Below, piece by piece: positions 1 to 9,345 of a DNA stretch of 27,062 bases (positions within the stretch are counted from its first letter, which is position 1; each line of letters starts with the position of its first letter). Where the stretch lies: contig JBMNVM010000001.1 of assembly GCA_050946805.1 (NCBI GenBank), positions 1 to 27,062 on the forward strand, written 5' to 3'. Both the position numbers and the translations under genes were made by a program. This DNA comes from Acutalibacteraceae bacterium. Its GTDB lineage: Bacteria > Bacillota > Clostridia > Oscillospirales > Acutalibacteraceae. The notes below the pieces were generated by a model. The model did no database searches. It saw only the letters and a list, made by a program, of their open reading frames with translations, and was not told the DNA's origin.

Positions 1-3000
1 TGCCTTTTCGCAGACAATTTCAATATCCCTGTCTTCCCGCTCGGATATTCTTCCGGTGAGAATCACCGGCTCCCCGAGAGTTAAGATATCCTTATATTCG
101 TTGTAGGTGCCCGAAAAAACGGTTATGTTTACCGACGAATATATATCCTCAATCTGCCCTGTCGCCAAAAGGGAATTGTTTTTAAGCTGCCGGACTTTAA
201 GCGGGCTTACAATTCCGGCTACGGTAACCCGCGTGCCGTCTGAATACCTGCCGGAGAGTATATCCGGCGTTCGCGCAAACCCCGCGTTTTCAAGGTAGGA
301 CATATACTTATCCATCGGATGACCCGAAAGATAAAGCCCTGTCGCCTCCTTTTCGAGCGCCAGCTTTAAGTCTGTATCCATTTCGGGCATCTTGTGCGGG
401 ACGTAAACGTTGGGCGAACCCATTTCTTCAAACAGGTTAAGCTGCCCCTGGGCGGAGAATTTCAGCTCGGCCTCTACCGCGGCAAGGGTGCCCTCAATAT
501 TGTAAAGCATCTGCCGGCGGTTATCCTCAAGGCCGTCCATCGCACCGCTTTTAATCAAGCCCTCAAGCGCTTTGCGGTTGAATTCCCGCGAATGGTTTCT
601 AAGGCAAAAGTCGTACATTGACGTGTATCTGCCGTTTTCCTCACGCTCGAATATCAGTTTTTCAATTAAACCCAGCCCCAGATTTTTAATAGCCATAAGC
701 CCGAAGCGGATTTTGCCGTCAACAGGGGTAAAGCCCGCCAGACTTTCGTTGACCGACGGCGGAAGAACCGTTATGCCAATTCTGCGGCATTCGGCGGTGT
801 AAAGGGAAATTTTGCCCGCGTTGTCCATCATGCTGGTCATCAAGGCGGCAAAATATTCGGCGGGGAAATGGCATTTTAAATAGGCTGTTCTGTATGCAAT
901 AAAGGAATATGCCGCGGCGTGCGCCTTGTTAAAGGCGTAGGAGCTGAAGCTTGACATATCCTCGAAAATCTTAATTGCGGCCTCTTTTGGAACGCCCCTT
1001 TTTATAGCTCCCTCGCATATTAATTTTCCGTTGCTGTCCTTTTCGCCGTAAAGGAAAAACTCCCGCTCCCGCTCCATGACGTCATGCTTTTTCTTGGCCA
1101 TGGCGCGCCGCACAATGTCCGCCCTTCCGAAGGAATACCCCGCAAGGGTGCGGAAAACCTGCATTACCTGTTCTTGGTAGACAATGCAGCCGTAGGTTAC
1201 GTCAAGGATAGGCTTTAAAAGGGGTGTCGGATAGCGTATATCCTGCGGATTGTGGCGGTTGTGAATATATTTCGGTATCGAATCCATCGGCCCCGGGCGG
1301 TATAAAGAGAGTATCGCCGTTAAATCCTCTATACTCTCGGGTCCGAACTGCCGCAGGACATTCTTCATCCCGTCCGACTCAAACTGGAAAACACCATCGG
1401 TAAGCCCCTTGCCCATCATGGCGTAGGTTTCTTTATCGTCAAGCGGTACCTTTTCGATATCGAAATCGGGTCTTTGACGGCGGATAAGTTTTTGGGCTTC
1501 ATCAATGACCGTCAGGTTTCTAAGCCCCAGAAAGTCCATCTTTAAAAGCCCCAGCTCCTCAAGTCCGCTCATGGTGTACTGGGTTACCACCGCATTGTCG
1601 TTTACGGCAAGCGGCACATATTCGGCAACCGGCCGGTCGGATATAACCACGCCCGCCGCATGGGTGGAGGCGTGTCGGGGCATACCCTCAAGCCGTACCG
1701 CCATATCTATAAGCTCTTTTACCTGCGTGTCGGTATCATAAAGCCCTTTAAGCTCGCGAGAGCCTTCTAACGCTCTCATAATCGTCATTCCAGGGGAGTT
1801 GGGGATAAGCTTTGCGATTTTGTCGCACAGCGCGTAAGGCAGCTCCATCGCCCTGCCGGTGTCCCTAACGGCAGCGCGGGCGGCAAGGGTTCCGAAGGTT
1901 ATTATCTGGGAAACGCGGTCGGCACCGTATTTGTTTATTACATAATCAATTACCTTTTGGCGGTTGACAAAGCAAAAGTCAATATCGAAATCGGGCATGG
2001 AAATTCTTTCGGGGTTCAAAAACCGCTCGAAAAAGAGGTTGTACTTTATAGGGTCAACCCCAGTAATTCCAATGCAATATGCCACAAGGCTTGCCGCTCC
2101 CGAACCACGTCCGGGGCCTACGGGTATGTTGTTTTTCTTTGCGTACCCCACAAAGTCGGCTACTATCAAAAAATAATCGACATAGCCCATTTTATTGATG
2201 ATTTCAAGCTCGTAATTCAAGCGGTCAATAACCTCTTGTGTCGGGTTATCACCGTAAATTCGGTGCATGCCGTCTATGGCTTTTTTCTTTAAATATTCAA
2301 AATGATCCTGATTTCCAATGTCAAAGGTCGGCAGCTTTATTTTGCCGAATTCAAACTCTACATTACACCTTATGGCAATTTTTTCCGCATTGTCAATGGC
2401 CTCAGGAGTGTCAAGAAAGGTCGCACGCATTTCGTCTTCGCTTTTTAGGTAAAATTCATTGGTTTTAAATTCAAGGGGGTTGTCCTTTGAGACGGTATTT
2501 CCGGTCTGTATACAAAGCAGTACGCTTTGCATGCGGTGATCCTCTTTGTTTATATAATGCACATCATTTGTGGCAACAAGCGGTATGCCGGTCTCCTTTG
2601 ATATGTCGATTAATGCTTTGTTTACGGCAATTTGGTCTTCAATTCCGTGGTTTTGCAGTTCAAGGTAGAAGTTCCCCCTGCCAAAAACACTGTCATACCA
2701 CAAGGCGGTCTCCTTCGCCTTTTGAGAATCGCCCTTTAAAATAAGCTTTGGTATTTCCCCTGCAAGGCAGGCGGAAAGGGCGATCAGCCCTTCGTGGTGC
2801 GTTTCAAGCAGCTCACGGTCAACGCGGGGCTTGGAGTAAAACCCTTCTGTAAAGCCGAGCGATACAAGGCGGATAAGATTTTTGTATCCTGTATTGTTTT
2901 CGCAAAGCAAAACCAAGTGGGTGTAGGGGGTATCGCTGCCCTTTTGCTTGTCAAAGCGGCTTGCGGGGGCTACATACACCTCGCAGCCGATAATCGGCTT

Positions 3001-3177
3001 TACCCCCTTTTTAAGGGCGTATTTATAAAAGTCAATAACGCCGTACATTACCCCGTGGTCGGTGATGGCAATGCTTTTCTGACCAAGCTCATGTGCTTTG
3101 TCTATCAGCTGCTCAATGCGGCAGCAACCGTCAAGCAGACTGTACTCGGTATGAACGTGAAGATGTGAAAATGCCAT
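1..3177 (-). CDS. dnaE: DNA polymerase III alpha subunit, 3' end runs off the window (absent from the ORF track)
   Basis: Hand translation: ATG at 3177 behind an AGGAGG RBS gives MAFSHLHVHTEYSLLDG (PHP domain). KPIIGCEVY, LVATNDVHY, ERISMPDFDIDF (about 1970-2010) and LLKMDFLGL (about 1520-1550) follow; the catalytic motifs checked are in the start frame, which reaches base 1. Confidence 0.96.
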   Translation of the reverse strand, partial: MAFSHLHVHTEYSLLDGCCRIEQLIDKAHELGQKSIAITDHGVMYGVIDFYKYALKKGVKPIIGCEVYVAPASRFDKQKGSDTPYTHLVLLCENNTGYKNLIRLVSLGFTEGFYSKPRVDRELLETHHEGLIALSACLAGEIPKLILKGDSQKAKETALWYDSVFGRGNFYLELQNHGIEDQIAVNKALIDISKETGIPLVATNDVHYINKEDHRMQSVLLCIQTGNTVSKDNPLEFKTNEFYLKSEDEMRATFLDTPEAIDNAEKIAIRCNVEFEFGKIKLPTFDIGNQDHFEYLKKKAIDGMHRIYGDNPTQEVIDRLNYELEIINKMGYVDYFLIVADFVGYAKKNNIPVGPGRGSGAASLVAYCIGITGVDPIKYNLFFERFLNPERISMPDFDIDFCFVNRQKVIDYVINKYGADRVSQIITFGTLAARAAVRDTGRAMELPYALCDKIAKLIPNSPGMTIMRALEGSRELKGLYDTDTQVKELIDMAVRLEGMPRHASTHAAGVVISDRPVAEYVPLAVNDNAVVTQYTMSGLEELGLLKMDFLGLRNLTVIDEAQKLIRRQRPDFDIEKVPLDDKETYAMMGKGLTDGVFQFESDGMKNVLRQFGPESIEDLTAILSLYRPGPMDSIPKYIHNRHNPQDIRYPTPLLKPILDVTYGCIVYQEQVMQVFRTLAGYSFGRADIVRRAMAKKKHDVMEREREFFLYGEKDSNGKLICEGAIKRGVPKEAAIKIFEDMSSFSSYAFNKAHAAAYSFIAYRTAYLKCHFPAEYFAALMTSMMDNAGKISLYTAECRRIGITVLPPSVNESLAGFTPVDGKIRFGLMAIKNLGLGLIEKLIFEREENGRYTSMYDFCLRNHSREFNRKALEGLIKSGAMDGLEDNRRQMLYNIEGTLAAVEAELKFSAQGQLNLFEEMGSPNVYVPHKMPEMDTDLKLALEKEATGLYLSGHPMDKYMSYLENAGFARTPDILSGRYSDGTRVTVAGIVSPLKVRQLKNNSLLATGQIEDIYSSVNITVFSGTYNEYKDILTLGEPVILTGRISEREDRDIEIVCEKA

Positions 3178-3216
3178 AATCCGACCTCCTTTTATTGTGC
3201 GGCAATTTAAAACCGT

Positions 3217-4116
3217 TTAATTTTGATTTTTTGCCTTTTCGTAAATTTCAATTATTTTTGCGAACCTGTGGCTAAGCCCCGATACGGTCAGCGGCGAGTC
3301 GGCCAGTCGACACAGCTCTTTAAGGGTCGCTTCGGGGTTGTTTTTGCGAAGCAGCGCCACCTCAAGCAACTCCTGCGGGAGGCTGTAAAGCTTGTCGGTC
3401 TTTTCAAGATATTCTATGGCGGTGCGCTGCCTTATCGAAGCCTCGACCGTTTTTGAAATATTGGCGCTGTCGCAGTTGCCCGCGCGGTTTATGTTGTTTT
3501 TAACGCTCTTTATAATTTTGGTGTCGATAATATCAAGGGTCAGCCTTGAAGCCCCCATAAAGGTGAGAAGATCCTCAATTACCGAGCTTTCCTTTGTGTA
3601 AAGCTGGAATCTGCCGTTTCGGGCGGAGATTTTAAGCGGTATTCCATGCTTTTCAAGTAAGTCTTGAAGTTCTTCGGCCGCTTGTTTGGTTTTAACGTTA
3701 AATTCGGCACGGTACTCCTTTTCGGGGTCGTTAATGTTGCCGCAGGCAAGAAACGCCCCCCGTATGAATGCGGGTACGCAGCAATCCCTGTAAAAAAGCG
3801 CGGGGTTAATAACCCGTTCACTTACCCCGAAATCCTGCGACGCTAAAATTTTAAGCCTGTCCGATTCGTCGGTCACCTCGGCTATAAAGGTCGGGCGCAC
3901 CGACCCACCACTGCGGATTTCAGGCCATATTCGGTATTCGGAGTAGACCGCATCGCAGTAGCCTTCGGCCACCTCGCGGTGTCCGGTCTGCAGGCAGATT
4001 CGCTTTATAGAAAAAGACCTGCCAAACAGCATAAATCCATAGGTGTAAGCGGATTTACAGCAGCCCGACAGACGAAGTTTCAAAAGTTCGTTTTTTACTT
4101 CTGAACAAAAAGACAT
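3217..4116 (-). CDS. whiA: DNA-binding protein WhiA
   Basis: 299 aa; MSFxSEVKNEL start, AFIRGAFLACG, NNINRAGNCDSANISK, C-terminal HTH; lies downstream of rapZ as usual. Confidence 0.93.
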   Translation of the reverse strand: MSFCSEVKNELLKLRLSGCCKSAYTYGFMLFGRSFSIKRICLQTGHREVAEGYCDAVYSEYRIWPEIRSGGSVRPTFIAEVTDESDRLKILASQDFGVSERVINPALFYRDCCVPAFIRGAFLACGNINDPEKEYRAEFNVKTKQAAEELQDLLEKHGIPLKISARNGRFQLYTKESSVIEDLLTFMGASRLTLDIIDTKIIKSVKNNINRAGNCDSANISKTVEASIRQRTAIEYLEKTDKLYSLPQELLEVALLRKNNPEATLKELCRLADSPLTVSGLSHRFAKIIEIYEKAKNQN

Positions 4117-4123
4117 TTTAATC

Positions 4124-4984
4124 CTACCTTTTCAGAATATCACGGTGGATAATTGTACAGTCATAGTTTTTATTCTTCAAGTGTTCGCCGACAAGCTCCG
4201 CAAATGTTACCGAGCGGTGCTTGCCACCCGTGCAGCCGATGGCGATGGTAAGCTGGCTTTTGCCCTCCTTTTCGTACAAAGGTACCGAAAAGTCGACAAA
4301 CGAAAGCAGCTTTTCAAGAAAGACCTTACTGTCGTTACTTTCCATCACATAATCGCGAACACTTTTGTCAAGTCCGGTCTTGTCCTTTAGTTCTTCAATA
4401 TAATAAGGGTTCGGAAGACATCTTACGTCAAATACCAAATCCGCCTCCGAATCAAGGCCGTACTTAAAACCGAAGGACATACAGCGGATTTTCAGAACGT
4501 TTTTGTCGTTTCCGTAGAAAATGCCGGTCAGCTTTTCCTTTAGCTGTGCTATGGAAATATGGCTTGTGTCAATGATATAGTTGGATTTAAGCCTTATGCC
4601 CTCAAGCTTTTTCCGCTCGTTTTTGACGGCGGCGGCTATGGATACCGCGCCGTCCTGACTTAACGGGTGCTTGCGGCGGTTTTCCTTGTAGCGGCGTACA
4701 AGTATTTCATCGGCCGCGTCAAGAAAAAGAATTTTGTAATCGATTTTACGGTGAGCAAGTTCGGCAAGTATTTCGTTTATGCTGTCAAACATATCGCCAC
4801 CGCGAACATCGGTTACCAGCGCCATTTTCCTAAGGGTGACATTGCCGCTTTGAGCCATATCCACAAAGGCGGGTATTATTTGGGGCGGCACATTGTCGAC
4901 ACAGTAAAAGCCCATATCCTCAAGAGCGTTTGCCGTCTGGGATTTTCCGGCGCCCGACATTCCGGTTACGATTATAAGTTCCAC
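4124..4984 (-). CDS. rapZ: RNase adapter / P-loop NTPase RapZ (YvcJ)
   Basis: VTGMSGAGKS P-loop, GFYCVDN, SFGFKYG, FDVRCLPNPYY, IGCTGGKHRSV. Confidence 0.96.
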   Translation of the reverse strand: MELIIVTGMSGAGKSQTANALEDMGFYCVDNVPPQIIPAFVDMAQSGNVTLRKMALVTDVRGGDMFDSINEILAELAHRKIDYKILFLDAADEILVRRYKENRRKHPLSQDGAVSIAAAVKNERKKLEGIRLKSNYIIDTSHISIAQLKEKLTGIFYGNDKNVLKIRCMSFGFKYGLDSEADLVFDVRCLPNPYYIEELKDKTGLDKSVRDYVMESNDSKVFLEKLLSFVDFSVPLYEKEGKSQLTIAIGCTGGKHRSVTFAELVGEHLKNKNYDCTIIHRDILKR

Positions 4985-4987
4985 CCT

Positions 4988-5896
4988 TTAATTCCTCCCG
5001 ACAAAAATTACTTCCGGTTCAAGCAATACGCCGTTGTTTTTTTGAACGGTTGATTTTACAAGTTCTATAAGCTTTAAAATATCGTCGGTAGTGGCTCCTC
5101 CGGTGTTGATTATGAAGCCGGCGTGCTTTTGGCTGACCGCGGCGCCGCCTACCGATACGCCTTTTAAATTATTTTGCTCAATAAGGGTGCCGGCAAAATG
5201 CCCCTTAGGGCGTTTGAAGGTGCTTCCGGCGCTTGGAAATTCAAGCGGCTGACTTAGCTTTCTTTTTTCCATGTATTCGTTCATTTTGTTCCAAATCTCT
5301 TTTGAATCGCCTTTTTTAAGGCGGAAAACGGCTTTGGTTATTATAATATCGCCGGCGGTTTTGAAAATGCTGGTTCGGTAACCGAGTTGCATATCTTTTT
5401 TTTCAATTATACCCGTCTGACCGCTTAAGGTAACATATTCGGCCGACACGGCCACCTGCGAAATCTCGCCACCGTAGGCGCCCGCATTCATGTAAAGCGC
5501 GCCGCCCACGCTGCCGGGGATTCCGTAGGCAAACTCAAGCCCCGAAAGTCCCGCGTTTGCCGCCGCCACGCAGAGTGCCGAAAGGGAGGCTCCGGCGCCC
5601 GCCGTAATGGTGTCCTCCTCAACGGATATTTCATCCATATCGGAAAGGTTTATAACCGCCCCTTCAATCCCACGGTCCGAAACCAGCAGATTAGAGCCCT
5701 TTCCGATAACGGTTACCGGAACGCACAAAGCCTTTGCGGTTTCCAGTAGAGTTGAAAGCACCGAAGCACAGCCGATATTTATAAAAATATCAGCCGCCCC
5801 ACCGGTTTTAAAGCTGGTGTGTTTGCACATGGGTTCGTTTCGTTTAACATCCAGACCTAACTCTGAGCAAAAGCTTTCAAAAACACTGTACTGCAT
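4988..5896 (-). CDS. murB: UDP-N-acetylenolpyruvoylglucosamine reductase
   Basis: HTSFKTGG, GKGSNLLVSD, GIPGSVGGALYMNAGAYG, QPLEFPSAGSTFKRP, KHAGFIIN, LEPEV. Start moved to ATG 5896 (GGGAGA RBS) because the 5959 start overlaps the ROK gene. Confidence 0.95.
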   Translation of the reverse strand: MQYSVFESFCSELGLDVKRNEPMCKHTSFKTGGAADIFINIGCASVLSTLLETAKALCVPVTVIGKGSNLLVSDRGIEGAVINLSDMDEISVEEDTITAGAGASLSALCVAAANAGLSGLEFAYGIPGSVGGALYMNAGAYGGEISQVAVSAEYVTLSGQTGIIEKKDMQLGYRTSIFKTAGDIIITKAVFRLKKGDSKEIWNKMNEYMEKRKLSQPLEFPSAGSTFKRPKGHFAGTLIEQNNLKGVSVGGAAVSQKHAGFIINTGGATTDDILKLIELVKSTVQKNNGVLLEPEVIFVGRN

Positions 5897-5934
5897 AAAT
5901 TCTCCCGCTGATTGTAGTAAATTGTGTAAAAACT

Positions 5935-6897
5935 TTATTTGTTGCTGTATAGGTTGCAAATGAAGGCCGCACCAATAATGCCGGCATCGTTTCCAAGCTG
6001 CGCGGTCTTGATTTCGGTTTTTTTAGAAAGATTGCAGGTGTAATTTTCGCCCTCTACAATCTGTTTTACGGGCAAGGTCAAATAATCGCCCTCTTTGGAG
6101 ATCCCGCCGCCAATGCACAGCACTTCCGGCTGGAAGATGTTTATATTGTTGGCTATTCCGACGGCGACGTAGTAAATATAATTGTCAACAACCGCCTTTG
6201 CGGCCGTATCGCCCTGCCGCATAGCGTTAAAGGCGGTTTTTCCGCTGACAGCGTTAATATCGCCGTCCACCAGCTGCCACATAAGGCTGTTCGGGTATCT
6301 TAACATAGCCTGTTTGGTCTGGCGGATAAGGGCAGTGGCCGAGGCATACGCCTCCCAGCAACCAAGACGGCCGCAGCTGCATGCTTCGCCGTTCATGCTG
6401 ATAACTACATGCCCGAGCTCGGCTCCGGCATAGTTGGAGCCGGCGTATATCTTGCCGTCTATTATCACGCCGCCGCCGACACCGGTACCAAGGGTAATCA
6501 TTATAAAGTTTTTGCTGCCCCGTCCCGCGCCGGCTATATATTCGCCGTAAGCTGCGGCGTTAGCGTCGTTTTCAAGGTAAAAATCAATTCCGGTGCGGTC
6601 TTTCAGCATATCGGCAAGCTTTACATCAAAAAATCCGAGGTTGTTGGAGTAGGATACTATTCCGTTTTGAGGATCTATAGCTCCAGGTGATCCGACACCC
6701 GCGGCGTCAATATCCGATTTTTGAAGTCCGGCGTTTTTAATTGCCTCCAGCGCCACGGCTGCCATATCGTCGGCAATCTCTTCAGCCGGACGGGGGCAGT
6801 TGGTCTTTCTTTTGGCGGTTGCTATTATGTTATAGTTTTGATCCACAACCCCTGCTACTATGTTTGTTCCTCCAAGGTCAATGCCTAATTTATACAT
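5935..6897 (-). CDS. ROK family sugar kinase (glucokinase-like)
   Basis: GIDLGGT, ENDANAAA, TLGTGVGGG, ELGH and the CSCGRLGCWEAYAS zinc motif. The substrate cannot be fixed from sequence. Confidence 0.9.
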   Translation of the reverse strand: MYKLGIDLGGTNIVAGVVDQNYNIIATAKRKTNCPRPAEEIADDMAAVALEAIKNAGLQKSDIDAAGVGSPGAIDPQNGIVSYSNNLGFFDVKLADMLKDRTGIDFYLENDANAAAYGEYIAGAGRGSKNFIMITLGTGVGGGVIIDGKIYAGSNYAGAELGHVVISMNGEACSCGRLGCWEAYASATALIRQTKQAMLRYPNSLMWQLVDGDINAVSGKTAFNAMRQGDTAAKAVVDNYIYYVAVGIANNINIFQPEVLCIGGGISKEGDYLTLPVKQIVEGENYTCNLSKKTEIKTAQLGNDAGIIGAAFICNLYSNK

Positions 6898-6934
6898 AAT
6901 TTAACGCTCCTTAAATATTAACAAAAATTAAATT

Positions 6935-7903
6935 TTAAAAGGGACTTACCGGTTGATTGGCCGCGGCATCATCCGAATCGTCACTCACCATGCCGAGCCG
7001 CCGCAGCAGATCCTCCGCCGCATTGTAGCCCAGCTTCTTTTGACGGCTGTTCATGGCCGCAACCTCAATAATAACGGCAAGGTTTCGTCCCGGCTTTACA
7101 GGGATGGTAAGGGAGGGAATCTCAAGGTCAAGTATGTTTGTGGTCTGGTTTTCAAGCCCCATTCGGTCGTATGATTTATTTATATCCCACGGCTCAAGGT
7201 GGATTACAAGGTCGATTTTTTCGGTAAGCTTTACGGCTCCCGCACCGAAAATACGGCTGGCATTTATAATACCTATTCCGCGAAGCTCAATAAAATGCCT
7301 GATATTGTCCGGCGCGGTGCCCACAAGGGATTTACTGGAAACACGTCTTATCTCGACCGCATCGTCGGCTATAAGACGGTGGCCTCTCTTGACAAGCTCA
7401 ATGGCGGTTTCACTTTTACCGACTCCACTTTCTCCAAGCAAAAGAATACCTTCGCCGTAAACCTCAACCAGCACGCCGTGGCGGATAACCCTTGGCGCCA
7501 AATGGAGGTTTAAAAAGGCTATCAGCGCCGCCGTGAATTCGGAGGTCGGCTCGGATGTTCTTAAAACCGGTACCCCGTACTCCTTGGCGATTTTTGTATA
7601 CATCTCGCTAACCTCAAGCCCGCGGCAGAAAATGACCGCAACCGGATTTTTGGAAAAAAGCTCACGCAGCCGCTTTTCTGCCTTTTCCTCGGTAAAGCGG
7701 CGAAGGAAGCTTTCCTCGCTTTTTCCGATTATTTGAATACGGTCAGGGTCAAAAAACTCGAAATATCCCGCCATTTGAAGCCCCGGGCGATTTACGTCGG
7801 CAGAGGTTATAAGAATATCCTTAGCTTTGCCGGGCATATTCAGAATTTCGAGCGAAAATTCAGATATCAGCTTGTCAAGCGAGACAGAAAACCCATTATG
7901 CAA
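6935..7903 (-). CDS. hprK: HPr(Ser) kinase/phosphatase
   Basis: DVNRPGLQ, HGVLVEVYGEGILLLGESGVGKSETA, LIADDAV, IELRGIGII, PVKPGRNLA; TTG start with AGGAGG RBS. Confidence 0.97.
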   Translation of the reverse strand: MHNGFSVSLDKLISEFSLEILNMPGKAKDILITSADVNRPGLQMAGYFEFFDPDRIQIIGKSEESFLRRFTEEKAEKRLRELFSKNPVAVIFCRGLEVSEMYTKIAKEYGVPVLRTSEPTSEFTAALIAFLNLHLAPRVIRHGVLVEVYGEGILLLGESGVGKSETAIELVKRGHRLIADDAVEIRRVSSKSLVGTAPDNIRHFIELRGIGIINASRIFGAGAVKLTEKIDLVIHLEPWDINKSYDRMGLENQTTNILDLEIPSLTIPVKPGRNLAVIIEVAAMNSRQKKLGYNAAEDLLRRLGMVSDDSDDAAANQPVSPF

Positions 7904-7939
7904 AACAAACCCTCCTAATATATAATATCACTTATGCTA

Positions 7940-7968
7940 ATTATAATATAAACATTGCCAAAAATCAA
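7940..7968 (-). promoter_or_regulatory. sigma-A promoter for the hprK operon
   Basis: Minus strand TTGATT (7968-7963), 17 bp spacer, TATAAT (7945-7940). Confidence 0.65.
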
Positions 7969-8009
7969 AGTATTTCGGAGTAAATTTAAGCCATTTTTCA
8001 ACTTTTCCC

Positions 8010-8038
8010 TTGATAATAGTCATACAAGGACTTATAAT
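8010..8038 (+). promoter_or_regulatory. sigma-A promoter upstream of ychF
   Basis: TTGATA (8010-8015), 17 bp spacer, TATAAT (8033-8038). Confidence 0.65.
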
Positions 8039-8100
8039 TGATGTATGCTGAATATTGGAAAAGCAAATTATTCGCGCGATAAAGCCGCACAAGTTCACAC

Positions 8101-8126
8101 AAAAACGGCACAAAAAAGCCGTTTTT
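8101..8126 (+). terminator. terminator-like hairpin in the ychF leader
   Basis: AAAAACGGC-ACAAAAAA-GCCGTTTTT; perfect 9-bp inverted repeat whose right arm ends in a T run. Confidence 0.45.
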
Positions 8127-8178
8127 GCATGAATTCAGAAATTATAAGATAAACTTACATAAAGGACGAGAAATTTTT

Positions 8179-9279
8179 ATGAAGCTTGGCATGGTCGGAC
8201 TTCCCAATGTCGGGAAATCAACCCTTTTTAACGCAATAACCAACGCTGGCGCGCAGTCGGCTAATTACCCCTTTTGCACCATTGAGCCGAATGTGGGTAT
8301 GGTCAGCGTTCCGGACGAGAGGCTTGAAAAACTGGCTGAAATTTATAAGCCCGATAAATTCACCCCCGCGGTAATCGAATTTGTGGACATTGCCGGACTT
8401 GTAAAGGGCGCCTCCAAAGGCGAGGGGCTTGGCAACAAATTTTTGGCCAATATACGCGAGGTGGATGCCATTGTTCACGTGGTTCGCTGCTTTGAAAGTG
8501 ACGATATTATACACGTTGAAGGCTCGGTCGACCCTGTAAGGGACATTGAAACCATAAATATTGAACTTATTTTGTCGGACATGGAGATTGTCCAGCGCCG
8601 CCTTGACAAAGCCTTAAAGGCATTAAAGGGCGACAAGAAAATGCAGGGCGAGGTTGACTTTTTAAAAAGGCTTATGGAGCACCTTGAAAAGGGACTGCCC
8701 GCCCGTTCGGTTGAAATTAAGGACGACAGCGAGGAGGAAATTTTAAACACCACCCCGCTTTTGTCGGCAAAGCCGGTTATATACGCCTGCAACATGAGCG
8801 AGCAGGATTTTACAAACGGCATTGAAGGAAACCAAAATTACGAGAAGGTCAAAAAGATAGCCGCCGCCGAAAAGGCCGAAATTCTGCCTATATGCGCCGC
8901 TTTGGAGGCGGAGATTTCCTCACTTCCCGAGGAAGAGAAAATAATGTTTTTGGAAGAACTGGGGCTTGAGCGTTCCGGTCTTGACCGAATGATACAAAAG
9001 TGCTACTCGCTTTTAGGGCTTATATCATTCCTGACCGCCGGCAAGCCCGAAGTGCGCGCCTGGACAATAAAGAAAGGCACTAAGGCTCCGCAGGCCGCGG
9101 GCAAAATTCACTCGGATTTCGAGCGCGGATTTATCCGCGCGGAGGTTATTTCCTTTGATGATTTCATAACCTGCGGCGGCAGCATGACCGCGGCCAAAGA
9201 AAAGGGTCTTGTCCGCAGCGAGGGCAAGGAATACGTAATGAACGACGGGGACATCGTGCTGTTTAGGTTTAACGTATAA
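8179..9279 (+). CDS. ychF: redox-regulated ATPase YchF
   Basis: [65 protein letters not shown]. Start set at ATG 8179. Confidence 0.97.
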   Translation: MKLGMVGLPNVGKSTLFNAITNAGAQSANYPFCTIEPNVGMVSVPDERLEKLAEIYKPDKFTPAVIEFVDIAGLVKGASKGEGLGNKFLANIREVDAIVHVVRCFESDDIIHVEGSVDPVRDIETINIELILSDMEIVQRRLDKALKALKGDKKMQGEVDFLKRLMEHLEKGLPARSVEIKDDSEEEILNTTPLLSAKPVIYACNMSEQDFTNGIEGNQNYEKVKKIAAAEKAEILPICAALEAEISSLPEEEKIMFLEELGLERSGLDRMIQKCYSLLGLISFLTAGKPEVRAWTIKKGTKAPQAAGKIHSDFERGFIRAEVISFDDFITCGGSMTAAKEKGLVRSEGKEYVMNDGDIVLFRFNV

Positions 9280-9345
9280 TTCCCGAATTTCTTTTGGCGG
9301 GAGACCGGCTTAAAGCAAATTAATCTGATAAAGGTCGTGTAGCAG

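Noticed and set aside
107-3168. Plus-strand ORFs in 107-3168
   Set aside because: They are antisense shadows of dnaE with no recognisable motifs. The same applies to the other short ORFs overlapping called genes.
1-3177. Intein or frameshift in dnaE
   Set aside because: The motifs checked are in one frame with ordinary spacing, and 1059 codons to the OB-fold region leaves no room for an insertion.
5897-5959. Upstream start of murB overlapping the ROK gene
   Set aside because: It has no RBS and the extra residues are not MurB-like; ATG 5896 has an RBS.
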